From Mycobacterium leprae TN (GTDB lineage Bacteria > Actinomycetota > Actinomycetes > Mycobacteriales > Mycobacteriaceae), in contig NC_002677.1 of assembly GCF_000195855.1 (NCBI RefSeq), positions 1,170,001 through 1,202,000 on the forward strand: a stretch of 32,000 nt of DNA, in the 5' to 3' direction. Numbering within the stretch: the first letter of the stretch is position 1; every line of letters begins with the position of its first letter. Below are positions 10,500-20,919 of the stretch, in pieces. The notes below the pieces were generated by a model that made no database searches, was not told the origin of the DNA, and saw only the letters and a list, made by a program, of their open reading frames with translations. Both the position numbers and the translations under genes were made by a program.

Positions 10500-10899
10500 C
10501 GGTGTTGCCTTCTCTCGTGCGTCTGTCCAAGGTGCCGTAACCAGTGTCCCTCAAAACGACGGCGACCCGATAATGTGAACAACCAAGCCTACCTGACAGC
10601 GATTTTTCGAAAGCGCATGATCGTGAGACGGCAGGCGCCGGTAGACTAGCGGGTGGCGTCCAATTTGCCGGCAAGCTTGTTGGTGTGTTGGGCAGTGTCG
10701 ATTTCCGGCGGCCGGTGCGCAGTCAGGAATGATATAGAGCGATGAGGGTTGGGAAGATGTGACTTTGCCTGCTGTTCAGCCTAGCGACGTTGCTGAAGTT
10801 ATGTGGACGGCCAGCTTATCGCACATGTCCCCCCGCACCAGTGCAGCCGAGTAGCGCGCTAATACCGCAGGATAGCTGACCCGAGCCCGAGCAGGTGGC

Positions 10900-11490
10900 G
10901 GGTCCGGTGGACCCCGACCCGCGTTGGTGCAATCTTCGTCGACGGCGGCGCCATGCAGGTTTGCACAGGCTCGGTGGTGCACTCGACGGGCGGCGACCTT
11001 GTGTTGACTGCCGCGCACTGCGTGTCCGGGCGTTCCCAGGCAACGTTCGTTCCTGGGTTAACCGATGATGCTGCGCCCACCGACTTGTGGAAGGTCGACC
11101 AGTTCTACTTCGATCCACGTTGGATTGCCATAGATCCACGTTGGATTGCCATAAAGGATCCGCGTGCCGACTAAGTGATTGCCCGAGTTAGCTGGTGGTG
11201 GTGCGGTGGAATCGCATGTCGGCTCCGCGCTTTCACTAGGCACGGCGCCTGCCCAGGGCAGCATACCTATCGGCTGTGAGGCCAGAACCGGGATCACCGC
11301 GAGCGGGTTTCCCTTGTTGGCGTGTGAGGGGCTAGTCAGCGGCACCAGCGGCGCTCCATGGGTGAGTGGATCGGCGGTCATCGGATTGGTTTGGTGGTCT
11401 CCAAGGTGGTGGGTGCGCGCAGAACATGTCGTACTCGGCATCGTTCGATGAACACATCGCGCAGCTGCTGGTGCGCACAAGCCGACGGAC
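10900..11490 (+). pseudogene. Trypsin-like serine protease pseudogene
   Basis: 'RVGAIFVDGGAMQVCTGSVVHSTGGDLVLTAAHCVSGRS' (catalytic His), 'CEGLVSGTSGAPWVSGSAVIGLV' (catalytic Ser), and in another frame 'GGLQGGGCAQNMSYSASFDEHIAQLL'. Stops and frameshifts between them. Confidence 0.8.
11112..11153 (+). repeat. Perfect 21-bp tandem duplication (x2)
   Basis: gatccacgttggattgccata repeated twice, translating as DPRWIAI-DPRWIAI in the protease remnant. Confidence 0.95.
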
Positions 11491-11544
11491 CCGGTGATTC
11501 CGTGCTGTCCGAATTCGATGATATTCTGTTTGAGGATAGTATGA

Positions 11545-12720
11545 TCACCGGCGGAACTGGTTGAGCGCACACATCTTGTTCATAACTTCTAATGCAGTGT
11601 TCTTGTAGGTCTCGGAGAATCTTGGGCAGTTGAAAACCGTGTCGACCCGGTACTCGACGGTGTCTCCACACCCCATCAAGGCCTGCTCGATGTGCATTAT
11701 CTCGGTGGCGTTGGTGACGAAGATATGCACGCTAAGCAGCTTGAGATCTTCGGTGGACAAGCAAACTTGAACATGCCGTAGAAGTCCCGGAGATCTGGCT
11801 GAGAGCCAGCTTCCGCGGCATCGAGCTATCCCTACTTCGTAGGGGATCGAGTTTTGCGTGAGTTCCACCTCGGTGGTGCCGATGAGGCCACCTCCGGGAT
11901 TGAATACATGCCGATCGACTGACTGTAGTTTGGTGATGTCTAGCCGTCAGCTCGCCAAATGCGTGATAGGCAGCCAGGCGCCCTTGTTCCATCGAGGTCG
12001 CGGCGAGTGCAGGTAAGCCGACGGCATAGAAATAAATATAGATGTGGCCCACCTTGGTTGAGAATTTTTCGTCGACGAAAATCCATCCGGCGATCCACGG
12101 CTTACAGGTCGGCCTTTTCCAGGTCGAGGTGATCGGTCTGATCCCGCCGCCCCGCGGAGTACATCACCGATTCGGCGGGGATCTGCTTGCTGCTGACCAG
12201 AGTGGTGACGAACCGCCATCGACCGTGGTGACTTTCTCGTCGAAGCGGAATGTCACTGCTAGGTCGTGTAGGTGGAACTTCAGCGCTTCGACGACTTCGA
12301 GGTCGCAGAAGTCCAGCATGTCGCTACGCTTTTCCACCACGGTCACCTTGGTGACCAGCGCGGCAAACATCGAAATGTACTCGGTGCCGATCGCACCGGC
12401 ACCGACCACGGCCATCGAGGACGGCAGTGACTTGAGGTCGAGGATCCCATCGGAGTCGAGAATTCTTTTCTAGTCCAACTCGACCCCAGCAGGCCGCACC
12501 GAACTTGGTGCTGGTAGCTGCTGACGACGTTATAGCCGCTGACGGTGGTCTTCTTGCAGTGGTCATGGTCTTCACCGAGAATCGTGTGTGAATCGAGGAA
12601 GCGGCTGTGTCTGAGCAGCAAATTGACCCGGTTGCGAATCAATTGGCTGCGTATTATGTTAATTTTCTTTATTATCACGTGTTTGATTCGAGCTAACAGG
12701 TCAGCTGAAGTGCTCCGATA
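11545..12720 (-). pseudogene. sthA: Soluble pyridine nucleotide transhydrogenase (SthA) pseudogene
   Basis: Fragments in several frames: 'HTILGEDHDHCKKTTVSGYN', '[80 protein letters not shown]', '[23 protein letters not shown]', '[62 protein letters not shown]'. Confidence 0.93.
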
Positions 12721-12919
12721 TTTTACTGGTAGCTTCCTCTGTATAGCTCACCCTGATGTGTTCCGGTGAGGTAAATAACCGTTTCACTCAATATCTTTGA
12801 CGGGATGGTGCCGGTGGTTGACATGCACGCTGCCGATTATTCGGCTACGTTCGATGCTTACGGTGGATTTACCTAGCTTGGCTGAAGGCGACCGCGGTTT
12901 TCCTGTCCGCCAGGACCCG

Positions 12920-12953
12920 AACCAATAATCACTATAAACCAATAATCACTATA
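12920..12953 (+). repeat. Perfect 17-bp tandem duplication (x2)
   Basis: aaccaataatcactata occurs twice in succession. Confidence 0.93.
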
Positions 12954-13480
12954 GTCGTACTCGCACATTGACCCTATGAATATAGACAGTAGGAACGCAC
13001 AGTCAGAACTTCGCCCACAAGCGGACAGCTCCACCAGGCCGCATGAACATCGGTTGACGGTGGCGATCGTCAGCGTTGATGCTTATGACAAAGCCTCCAC
13101 CCAATTTTGAGTTAAACCGTTTCGGAGCATTGATCACCGTGCTACTAGGCCGTTCTTGGCTTAGTGCCGAAAAAGTCACTGGTCTTGGTGGTAATTGATG
13201 TGTGTCGATCTGTCCGGACAGCTGGTCGACTGGGTTGGGCATCTAGTTGACGTTGCCGCCGCGGCTGATCCTGAGGCCGCGAACGCCTGTGATCATTGAT
13301 GCGGACGGCGTCCACTGTTCACGTTGCAAACAGCCCACAGGACATCCGCAAACTTGCGTTCACCGGCTGCCGGCTGACTGATGACTCGGTATTTGGCTAC
13401 CGCCGCTCTGGACATTTGGCCAGCGCGGCGGGTTAGGTCTCAGTCCGGCCGTTCGAGCCGCATCGGCCCGAACGAATGAA

Positions 13481-14173
13481 TCAGACCTTCTCGACTTTGA
13501 CCGCGTGCGCCATCTCATGCGGCAGAGTGACGTTTTCGTGACCGGGGATAATGATGATCACGTTGCCCGCTGGGCTTGTCTCCACCGTCACACGTGCGTT
13601 GGGCACGACGCCGGTGTCTTTGAGCCGCGTGATCAGATCGATATCGTCCTGGACATGTTCGGTGAGCTGGCGGACGACCACTGCCACCGGTGACCCGGAC
13701 GGCAACTCAGTCAACCGGACAAGTTTGGCGTTGGCGGCGCTGGCATCCGGTCCAGCACCGAGGTCTAGCAGACCTGGAATCGGGTTGCCGAACGGTGATG
13801 TCGTCGGGTTGTTTAGTACTTTAATCAGCCGGCGCTCAACATCCTCACTCATTACGTGTTCCCACCGACATGCTTCGGCGTGAACCTCTTCCCACGGCAA
13901 CCCGATGACATCGACCAGCAGTCGTTCCGCGAGACGGTGCTTACGCATCACCGCGATGGCCATCGCGCGGCCTTTGGTCGTGAGCTCTAGATGACGGTTG
14001 CCAGCCACCCGGAGTAATCCGTCCCGTTCCATCCGGGACACAGTTTGGCTCACTGTAGGCCCGCTCTGCTCGAGCCGCTCGGCGATACGGGCGCGCAGCG
14101 GTGTGACACCCTCTTCCTCGAGGTCGTAAATGGTCCGCAGGTACATCTCGGTGGTATCAACCAGGTCATTCAT
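13481..14173 (-). CDS. ideR: Iron-dependent repressor IdeR (DtxR family)
   Basis: Intact 230-aa ORF. 'MNDLVDTTEMYLRTIYDLEEEGVTPLRARIAERLEQSGPTVSQTVSRMERDGLLRVAGNRHLELT...' DtxR HTH, dimerisation and SH3 domains. Confidence 0.98.
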   Translation of the reverse strand: MNDLVDTTEMYLRTIYDLEEEGVTPLRARIAERLEQSGPTVSQTVSRMERDGLLRVAGNRHLELTTKGRAMAIAVMRKHRLAERLLVDVIGLPWEEVHAEACRWEHVMSEDVERRLIKVLNNPTTSPFGNPIPGLLDLGAGPDASAANAKLVRLTELPSGSPVAVVVRQLTEHVQDDIDLITRLKDTGVVPNARVTVETSPAGNVIIIIPGHENVTLPHEMAHAVKVEKV

Positions 14174-14329
14174 TCAGCACCCTCCATTACTGGCGAGTCT
14201 ACTTGGCCAGCTGCGCCGATGGTTTGCCGAGCTTCGCGGCAGCAGTATGCCCGCCACGGGGCGGCGGGCATAACTGTCTGTTACCTGGCTTCGGCTGGCG
14301 GCCCTGACCTGGGTGGCCTAAGTAGCGTG

Positions 14330-15289
14330 TTAACTCGCGTACGAGCGTAGTCGGTCAGCGCGCTCACCGTTGCGGAGCTTGCACATCACGTCTCGCTCGA
14401 TTTGGCGGACCCGCTCGCGGGACAAACCGAACAGCTTGCCGATCTGATCCAGGGTGCGTGGCTGGCCGTCGTCTAGACCGAAACGCAGCCGGATCACCTG
14501 GTGTTCACGTTCGTCGAGAGTGGCCAGCACACTGCGGATATCGGTGTGCAGAAGTTCGGCGATGACTGCGTTCTCCGCGGACATGGCTTCGGCGTCTTCG
14601 ATGAAGTCGCCCAGCGGGGCCTCCTCCTCGGAGCCGACCGGCATGTCCAGACTGACCGGGTCGCGACTGTGTTCCAGCAGGTCGTTGATCTTCTCGATTG
14701 GAATTCCCGATTCAGCGGCGAGTTCTTCGTCAGTAGCTTCCCGTCCTAGGTTTTGGTGCATTTCCCGCTTGATCCGGGCCAGCTTGTTGACTTGCTCAAC
14801 TAAGTGCACCGGCAGTCGGATGGTGCGGCTCTGGTCGGCCATACCGCGGGTGATGGCCTGTCGGATCCACCAAGTAGCATACGTCGAAAACTTGAATCCC
14901 TTTGTGTAGTCAAACTTCTCCATCGCGCGGATCAACCCCAGGTTGCCCTCCTGGATTAGGTCCAGCAATGGCATTCCCCGACCCGTGTACCGCTTGGCCA
15001 GCGAAACAACAAGGCGTAAATTAGCTTCCAGCAGGTGGCGACGTGCTGCTGCGCCATCGCGCGCCACAGCTGCTAATGCGCGTTTGCGGCCCTCGCCGAA
15101 GCGCTTGCGAGTTTGGAGCAGATGCTCCGCATAGAGCCCAGCTTCGATGCGTTTGGCCAATTCGACTTCATCGGCGGCGTTGAGCAACGCTGTCTTACCG
15201 ATGCCGTTCAGATACACACGCACCAGGTCCGCGGCGGGGCTTTGAGCATCCAGATCGCTGTCAACCCGGTTTGTGGTGGCTTCGGCCAT
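14330..15289 (-). CDS. sigB: RNA polymerase sigma factor SigB
   Basis: 319-aa sigma-70 with regions 1.2-4.2 ('[38 protein letters not shown]', '[56 protein letters not shown]', '[19 protein letters not shown]'). Adjacent to ideR. Confidence 0.97.
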   Translation of the reverse strand: MAEATTNRVDSDLDAQSPAADLVRVYLNGIGKTALLNAADEVELAKRIEAGLYAEHLLQTRKRFGEGRKRALAAVARDGAAARRHLLEANLRLVVSLAKRYTGRGMPLLDLIQEGNLGLIRAMEKFDYTKGFKFSTYATWWIRQAITRGMADQSRTIRLPVHLVEQVNKLARIKREMHQNLGREATDEELAAESGIPIEKINDLLEHSRDPVSLDMPVGSEEEAPLGDFIEDAEAMSAENAVIAELLHTDIRSVLATLDEREHQVIRLRFGLDDGQPRTLDQIGKLFGLSRERVRQIERDVMCKLRNGERADRLRSYAS

Positions 15290-15455
15290 GACGCCCTCCC
15301 AATCGGCTTGTTCTGTAGTTTGTTTTAACGACGGGTCCTCCTTGAGAGTTCCCGTCCTGCTGTCATCTCACACGCTTTGACGTGCGGAAATGTGCCGACG
15401 ACCTGAGAATGTCCTGAGAAGTGCGGGTCGAGGCTAGCCGGTCTGAAACCCCTGG

Positions 15456-15944
15456 CTAGCTTCGGCTGTCTGTGGCCAATGACGTCGGTTTAGGCGGCGG
15501 TCGTCGTAGCGACTTGAATGCTGGCTGCTCGGTCGTCAGCAATAGCGGGGTGCGCCTTCGGCGGCTGTCAAATCGTCGTGGCTCTTCTGTGCGGCGAAGG
15601 GGTCGGTCGTTGGCAATTAGTACGGCCATCCACGGTAACGGCACCGAGGCCGCCACGATCAGCAGTGAGATCAGACCGTTGTGCCAGGCGCTGTAGGCGA
15701 CGGTGGTCAACATAAGCGCCGGAATCCGGAAAGCCATCAAGGTCATATATTTGCGTACCCGCGTGCGACGCTCTTCCTCGTACGACGGGGCAGCGGTGGT
15801 GATGAGCACCGGCCGGCTATTGTCATCGAACGTGTCCGTTGTACCTCGATTCGGAGCCGTGCTTAATTTCCCCACTGTACCCAATACAAGATCAACTCCG
15901 GCGTGTCCGGCTTCTGTTTCAGCGTGGGGCGAGTGCGGAGGCAC
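15456..15944 (-). CDS. DUF3099-type membrane protein (Rv2709-like); start uncertain
   Basis: 'PVLITTAAPSYEEERRTRVRKYMTLMAFRIPALMLTTVAYSAWHNGLISLLIVAASVPLPWMAVLIANDRP' with two TM segments. Located divergently from the DUF3039 ORF. Confidence 0.82.
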   Translation of the reverse strand: MPPHSPHAETEAGHAGVDLVLGTVGKLSTAPNRGTTDTFDDNSRPVLITTAAPSYEEERRTRVRKYMTLMAFRIPALMLTTVAYSAWHNGLISLLIVAASVPLPWMAVLIANDRPLRRTEEPRRFDSRRRRTPLLLTTEQPAFKSLRRPPPKPTSLATDSRS

Positions 15945-15984
15945 AATGTCACAATGTTAGGGAGGCACAATGTCACAATGTTAG
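15937..15984 (+). repeat. Perfect 24-bp tandem duplication (x2)
   Basis: ggaggcacaatgtcacaatgttag repeated back to back immediately upstream of the likely DUF3039 start at 15987. Confidence 0.96.
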
Positions 15985-15986
15985 GT

Positions 15987-16226
15987 ATGCAGACCCAGAC
16001 AATCGAACACACCTATACCGACGAACACGTCGACGACGGTACGGGCAGCGACACGCCCAAATACTTCCACTACGTCAAAAAGGACAAGATCGTTGAGAGT
16101 GCGGTCATGGGCAGTCATGTGGTTGCGTTGTGCGGTGAAGTATTTCCCGTGACGCGCGCGGCTAAGCCCGGCTCTCCGGTATGTTCGGACTGCAAGCGGG
16201 TCTATGACATGCTCAAGAAGGGTTGA
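15987..16226 (+). CDS. DUF3039 protein (Rv2708c-like)
   Basis: ORF track gives 15903..16226, but the conserved protein most plausibly begins at ATG 15987: 'MQTQTIEHTYTDEHVDDGTGSDTPKYFHYVKKDKIVESAVMGSHVVALCGEVFPVTRAAKPGSPVCSDCKRVYDMLKKG'. Confidence 0.85.
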   Translation: MQTQTIEHTYTDEHVDDGTGSDTPKYFHYVKKDKIVESAVMGSHVVALCGEVFPVTRAAKPGSPVCSDCKRVYDMLKKG

Positions 16227-17205
16227 TCAGTTCAGCGGCTCGGCCGCTGCGATGTTGTGTTGTTTGGGTGGTGACGGTGTTCCGCCCGGGGTCGGTATGC
16301 AGACGCGATGTCAGCCAGTTATGCAGTCGGTGGGTATGTGTTTTCGGTGCGGGGAATTTCTCCTGGATAGAGGCATTGAATTCAGCGCCCAGCATGATCG
16401 CAAAACCGCCGAAGAACGCGAACAGTAAGAACGCGATTGGCGTCGTCAACGCGCCATAGGTATAGCCAGTACCGGTGATCCACTTCAGGTAAATCCGAAG
16501 GCCCAGCGTGGTGATCACGAACACCGCTGTGGCCAGAATTGCACCAAAGACCAGCCGGTGCGTAGGCAGCGGTATTGGCAGCGCTACCCGGTAAAGGATC
16601 ATGACAGCGACCAGCAGGCTCACAATCACCGCCGGGTAATAGCCCAAGTGCAACATGTTGGCCCAGCTATGGGGAATGAGTTTCGTCACTTTGCGTGGGC
16701 CCACCACTACCAACGGCGCGGTCGCAACCACGAATGCCAGCATCGCGATGTAGAGGAACAGCGCGAAAAGTCGCTGCTTTACCGGATGGCGCAACAGTGT
16801 CTGGTCATGCGCTTTTACGACCGCATCGACGAATGCCGAAATTGCCGACGATCCTGCCCACAGTGAGATCAGAAACCCCAGTGATACCACTTCGCCGCGG
16901 GCACCGTTGTTGACGTCGCTGATTGTGGGTTCGATGATCTCGTTGACGACGCTGGGGGAGAAGAAGCTGTGTGCCATCGAGATCACGCGCCGCTCGATGG
17001 TGGGTAAAGTATCCTCGCCGAATAACGGTGCGACATAGGCCAAGCTTCCCAGCATTCCTAGCACCAGTGGCGGCAGCGACAAAGCTGACCAAAAGGCTGC
17101 CTGTGCTGACTCTGAGAAGATCGAGTCATCCCAACTTTTCGACAGAGTCCTCAGGCTGATTCGCCAGATGTGCTGACGGGTCGGTTTGTATACCTGGCCG
17201 CTCAT
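16213..17205 (-). CDS. YihY/virulence factor BrkB family membrane protein (Rv2707-like)
   Basis: 330-aa multi-TM ORF. 'SLWAGSSAISAFVDAVVKAHDQ', 'WITGTGYTYGALTTPIAFLLFAFFGGFAIMLGAEFNASIQ' is characteristic of YihY. Confidence 0.92.
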   Translation of the reverse strand: MSGQVYKPTRQHIWRISLRTLSKSWDDSIFSESAQAAFWSALSLPPLVLGMLGSLAYVAPLFGEDTLPTIERRVISMAHSFFSPSVVNEIIEPTISDVNNGARGEVVSLGFLISLWAGSSAISAFVDAVVKAHDQTLLRHPVKQRLFALFLYIAMLAFVVATAPLVVVGPRKVTKLIPHSWANMLHLGYYPAVIVSLLVAVMILYRVALPIPLPTHRLVFGAILATAVFVITTLGLRIYLKWITGTGYTYGALTTPIAFLLFAFFGGFAIMLGAEFNASIQEKFPAPKTHTHRLHNWLTSRLHTDPGRNTVTTQTTQHRSGRAAELINPS

Positions 17206-18066
17206 ACTATTACCGGTGACTGCTTGCGTAGCCAGCTACGGAATGCTGCTCATTGCGGTGTCGTTGTGGCATGATTCGGCAGGGAATACCGGCCATATCC
17301 ACAGTTGCCTCTGCCCGATCACCGTCGACCGGGTGTTTCGTGCTTGAAGTGTATTGTTGTGCTCCTGCTGGTAATGTAGGCCAATAGGTGGATTCCGTCT
17401 GCATGAACGGATCGTCGTATGCCACGGCTCACCTGACTCCTATCGGTGTTGATATGTAGCTGGAATTCGGGCTTGTCGATTCCTTGCTTGGTCGTTCATC
17501 GCTGGGTTTAAGCGCCCGATGGTCTCATGAATAACCGATACGGCAGGGGAAAGCAAGTACTCGTGATCGATTCGCCGTTTCGGTGTCGTTACGTGAGTGC
17601 CCTGGCTGTTCAATGATGCGAATTGACGCGCGAAGGTTTTTGTGCTGCTATTTTTGGACAGCGACACCATTTCGAAATCAGCGTAAGGGCTTGCAGAGGG
17701 GCACCATATTGTCGAAGATTTGGATCTGAGAATATTGCCCAGTGCCATTAAAGAGCCGTTGCTGAGTGAATTAATGAGTATTTGCTGTGGTTAAAAATTC
17801 GCTCATGTGGACTCGCGTTCCCGCGTGTTCTAGAGTTAGCTGATTTCAATCACGACTGCTAATGCTGTTAGCTTTACCTCGTGCTCGTTCGTGTGATGCT
17901 GGCAGAAGAGCAGTTCGTCTCCTGAAGAGAGCTTGGCGCACGCACGCGTTGCTGCGCAGCAGCGGTCTACTCTGGTCAGGGCTGCGTTCATGGCTACTTC
18001 ATTCTCACGTGCTTACATTGCCTTAGACGGCAGCGGTTTTCACCTTGTTCCCCAAATTGTTGTCGG

Positions 18067-18615
18067 GTGTGTCTTTTCTCACGCATTTCACCCTCCCCGG
18101 GGCATTATTTGCTCGCCTGGTTTCGGTTCCCGGCGTACTGGTACATCTCTGCGGTGCAGAGGAATGGTTGCGTACCCGCAGCCGCGGCGGGATTCACCCT
18201 TGACCTGTGTGCCGCGGCGAGCAAGTCCGCGTTCATCCATCTATCGACGCTTGAGCAAGTACAGCTTGCTGGCTGTACATCCGGCCGCGGTGACCTGATT
18301 TTGCTGTGTATCGCTCCCAGTGAGCTAGGCTCACCGGTGCGTTGGGAGTTTGGAATTGCCACGGATCCCGAATCAACGCTCTTCCCGCATCTGTACGGTC
18401 CGTTGTCAGTGTGCGATGTGATCAGAGTTCCTCCAACTTCCCGGGGTCCGATGGCACTTTCCCGCCGGTCGCGGGATTTCAAAACCGCACGTAGTAGTAG
18501 TGAACTTCTATCTCCACCAACAGGTCAGGTGCGATCAGCGCGGACACTTCAACGATTCCAGCTTCCGGACGTATTTGGCCGAAAAGTTGTGTGCACTTCT
18601 CCGGCCTTGCGCTAG
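18067..18615 (+). CDS. DUF952 domain protein (Rv2705c-like); may be intact or have a degraded N-terminus and an over-extended 3' end
   Basis: 'AFIHLSTLEQVQLAGCTSGRGDLILLCIAPSELGSPVRWEFGIATDPESTLFPHLYGPLSVCDVIRV' matches the DUF952 pattern. Residues after about 18450 look non-homologous and overlap the RidA remnant. Confidence 0.55.
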   Translation: MCLFSRISPSPGHYLLAWFRFPAYWYISAVQRNGCVPAAAAGFTLDLCAAASKSAFIHLSTLEQVQLAGCTSGRGDLILLCIAPSELGSPVRWEFGIATDPESTLFPHLYGPLSVCDVIRVPPTSRGPMALSRRSRDFKTARSSSELLSPPTGQVRSARTLQRFQLPDVFGRKVVCTSPALR

Positions 18616-18865
18616 CGCAGTATATCCGTTACATGGATACGAGTATGGACACCGTCGGTGAGTGCCGAACCCATTTGTTTGAGCGCACTTTTTATGCGGC
18701 GCAAAACTTCTCCCATTTGGTCGGCCATATCACCGGCAGGTCTGGCGCTGGTAACCTCGGACGCAGCGACGTGAGGGCCCACTTGCACTGCGCGTGAGTA
18801 ATCGACCACTAGATTCGAAATCCGATCCGGATGAGACGTTGTTGCGGCTGATCGGCATGCGATCA
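18474..18865 (-). pseudogene. RidA/YjgF-family pseudogene
   Basis: Minus strand: 'DYSRAVQVGPHVAASEVTSARPAGDMADQMGEVLRRIKSALKQMGSALTDGVHTRIHVTDILR', then stop/frameshifts, then 'EVSALIAPDLLVEIEVHYYYVRF*'. Confidence 0.85.
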
Positions 18866-19184
18866 CAGTAGCCTGGGGTGCAGAACCTGCGACGATCAGT
18901 TCTCGAAAAAGCTTCGATAACAAGCAGGTTATACGGATTTGTTGGCAGAGGAAGTTTGGAAGACGCGATGCTGCTAGGCTGACTTGTCCGGGCAGGACTG
19001 TGATCTCGGGGTAGTGGTGTGACTTGAATATCAAGGCTTAAGCCGCAACGCAAGTAGGTATTGATGTCGGTCGAAGACACGTGAGTACGGAGTCAGCCGT
19101 GGACCACGAGCTGTCGGTCACGGCTATCGACCCCTCATGACAAGGCGAAGAGCGGATGGCAAGAACGTGTTCTACGGGGTGTTG

Positions 19185-20744
19185 CTAGTCAAGGTAGTCA
19201 CGCAAGACCTGGGAACGGCTGGGGTGGCGTAACTTCGACATCGTCTTAGACTCGATCTGACGGATGCGTTCGCGGGTTACGCCGTAGACCTGGCCGATTT
19301 CGTCGAGGGTGCGAGGCTGGCCGTCAGTGAGGCCGAAGCGAAGCCGTACTACGCCGGCCTCGCGTTCTGAGAGTGTTTCCAACACCGACTGCAACTGGTC
19401 TTGCAGCAACGTAAACGACACCGCGTCTACGGCCACCACCGCTTCACTATCTTCGATGAAGTCGCCCAGCTGGCTGTCGCCCTCATCGCCGATGGTCTGA
19501 TCTAATGAGATTGGTTCACGAGCGTATTGCTGGATCTCGAGCACCTTCTCAGGTGTGATGTCCATCTCTTTTGCGAGCTCTTCAGGCGTGGGCTCGCGGC
19601 CCAGATCCTGTAGTAGTTCCCGCTGAATGCGGCCGAGCTTGTTGATCACCTCGACCATGTGGACCGGGATGCGGATGGTGCGGGCTTGGTCCGCCATGGC
19701 GCGGGTGATGGCCTGGCGGATCCACCACGTCGCGTACGTCGAGAACTTGTACCCCTTGGTGTAGTCGAACTTCTCGACTGCCCGGATCAGGCCCAGGTTG
19801 CCTTCCTGTATCAGGTCGAGGAACGCCATCCCGCGGCCGGTGTAGCGCTTGGCCAGCGAAACCACCAGCCGCAGGTTGGCTTCCAACAGATGGTTTTTCG
19901 CACGATCGCCGTCGCGACAGATCCACATCATGTCGCGGCGCTGGGCGGTGGGTAGTTTGGTGCCCCGCTCAGACAGCTCGGTCATTAGCTGCGTGGCGTA
20001 TAGGCCAGCCTCGATCCGCTTCGCCAGCTCAACCTCTTCCTCGGCGTTGAGCAGGGCCACCTTGCCGATCTGTTTGAGGTACGCGCGAACTGAGTCTGCC
20101 GATGCGGTGAGCTCGGCATCCTTACGGGCCTGACGCAACGCCTCGGATTCATCTTCGTCCCAGACGAAATCGCCGGAGGCCTTGTCTTTTTCGGTCGGCT
20201 CAACGATCTCTTCGTCATCATCGGTGGAAGCTTCGTCGGTCTTGGTGGCTGCAGTAGCTTCGCCATCCTCGGTTTCACCTGGTTCGATGTCGGTGACTAC
20301 GTCGTCGTCTTCGAGGTCGTCGAGACCGAGGTCGGCGGCTTCGATGTCGATGTCGATGTCCTCGCTGGGCTCAACGTCGAGGTCCGGTTCGGCATCGAGG
20401 TCGTCGGCAGTGGCGTCGGAGTCGAGGGTGTTCAGAGTGGCTTCGGGATCGTTCAGGGTGTCTTTGGCTGCCGAGGCTTTAGTCGTGTGGTCCTGCGCGG
20501 ACGGTGCCTTTGTATCGACGCTTTTGACCGAGGTGCGGGCCTTCTTCGCAGCGTCGCTTGCCCCGGAGGCTTTAGGTGGTGTCGTGGATTTGGTGGCCCG
20601 AGATGCTGTACTAGTGGCTCGTTTTGTGGGGGCGGAGCCATTTGCGGCCTTAGTCGTCGATCGCTTGGCGGGGGTCGCGGGCGTCTTGGTGGCGGTGCGC
20701 TTCACCGGCTGGCCGGTTGCCGGACTTGTCTTGGTCGCTACCAC
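19185..20744 (-). CDS. sigA: Principal RNA polymerase sigma factor SigA; ORF opens to 20909 but GTG at 20744 ('[22 protein letters not shown]') is the likely start
   Basis: Long Ala/Thr/Lys and acidic N-terminal region followed by conserved sigma-70 regions to '[15 protein letters not shown]'. Confidence 0.96.
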   Translation of the reverse strand: MVATKTSPATGQPVKRTATKTPATPAKRSTTKAANGSAPTKRATSTASRATKSTTPPKASGASDAAKKARTSVKSVDTKAPSAQDHTTKASAAKDTLNDPEATLNTLDSDATADDLDAEPDLDVEPSEDIDIDIEAADLGLDDLEDDDVVTDIEPGETEDGEATAATKTDEASTDDDEEIVEPTEKDKASGDFVWDEDESEALRQARKDAELTASADSVRAYLKQIGKVALLNAEEEVELAKRIEAGLYATQLMTELSERGTKLPTAQRRDMMWICRDGDRAKNHLLEANLRLVVSLAKRYTGRGMAFLDLIQEGNLGLIRAVEKFDYTKGYKFSTYATWWIRQAITRAMADQARTIRIPVHMVEVINKLGRIQRELLQDLGREPTPEELAKEMDITPEKVLEIQQYAREPISLDQTIGDEGDSQLGDFIEDSEAVVAVDAVSFTLLQDQLQSVLETLSEREAGVVRLRFGLTDGQPRTLDEIGQVYGVTRERIRQIESKTMSKLRHPSRSQVLRDYLD

Positions 20745-20919
20745 ATACACCCCTTCGGTCGGACTCACTTCCGGTGGGTTTGGGCATGCATAACCGAAAG
20801 TGTCTGCTATGTCGAATGTCGGCGTTGATATCAGCGTGAGTACTCGCGCTATCGGTCGGGCGACCGCCGATAACCATTGTAACGGTGGCACGCGCCTGGA
20901 CTGTTCCACCGGGCAAAAT

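Noticed and set aside
11112-11153. Short direct repeats considered as possible CRISPR arrays
   Set aside because: All short repeats found are two abutting copies without spacers, have unrelated sequences and lack cas genes; they are simple tandem duplications.
12960-13470. Possible Rv2712c-like gene upstream of ideR
   Set aside because: Only scattered short open stretches, and I could not recognise a protein family, so no feature is called.
14454-14909. 151-aa plus-strand ORF opposite sigB
   Set aside because: Shadow ORF over strongly conserved sigma factor coding sequence.
17860-17885. Possible IdeR iron box around 'tgctgttagctttacctcg'
   Set aside because: Does not preserve the palindromic TTAGG-TTAGGCTAACCTAA pattern well enough to support a call.
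20182-20793. 203-aa plus-strand Ser/Val/Ala-rich ORF
   Set aside because: Exactly antisense to the sigA N-terminal coding region. Its low-complexity composition mirrors the acidic/Lys-Thr codons on the other strand, with no independent support.
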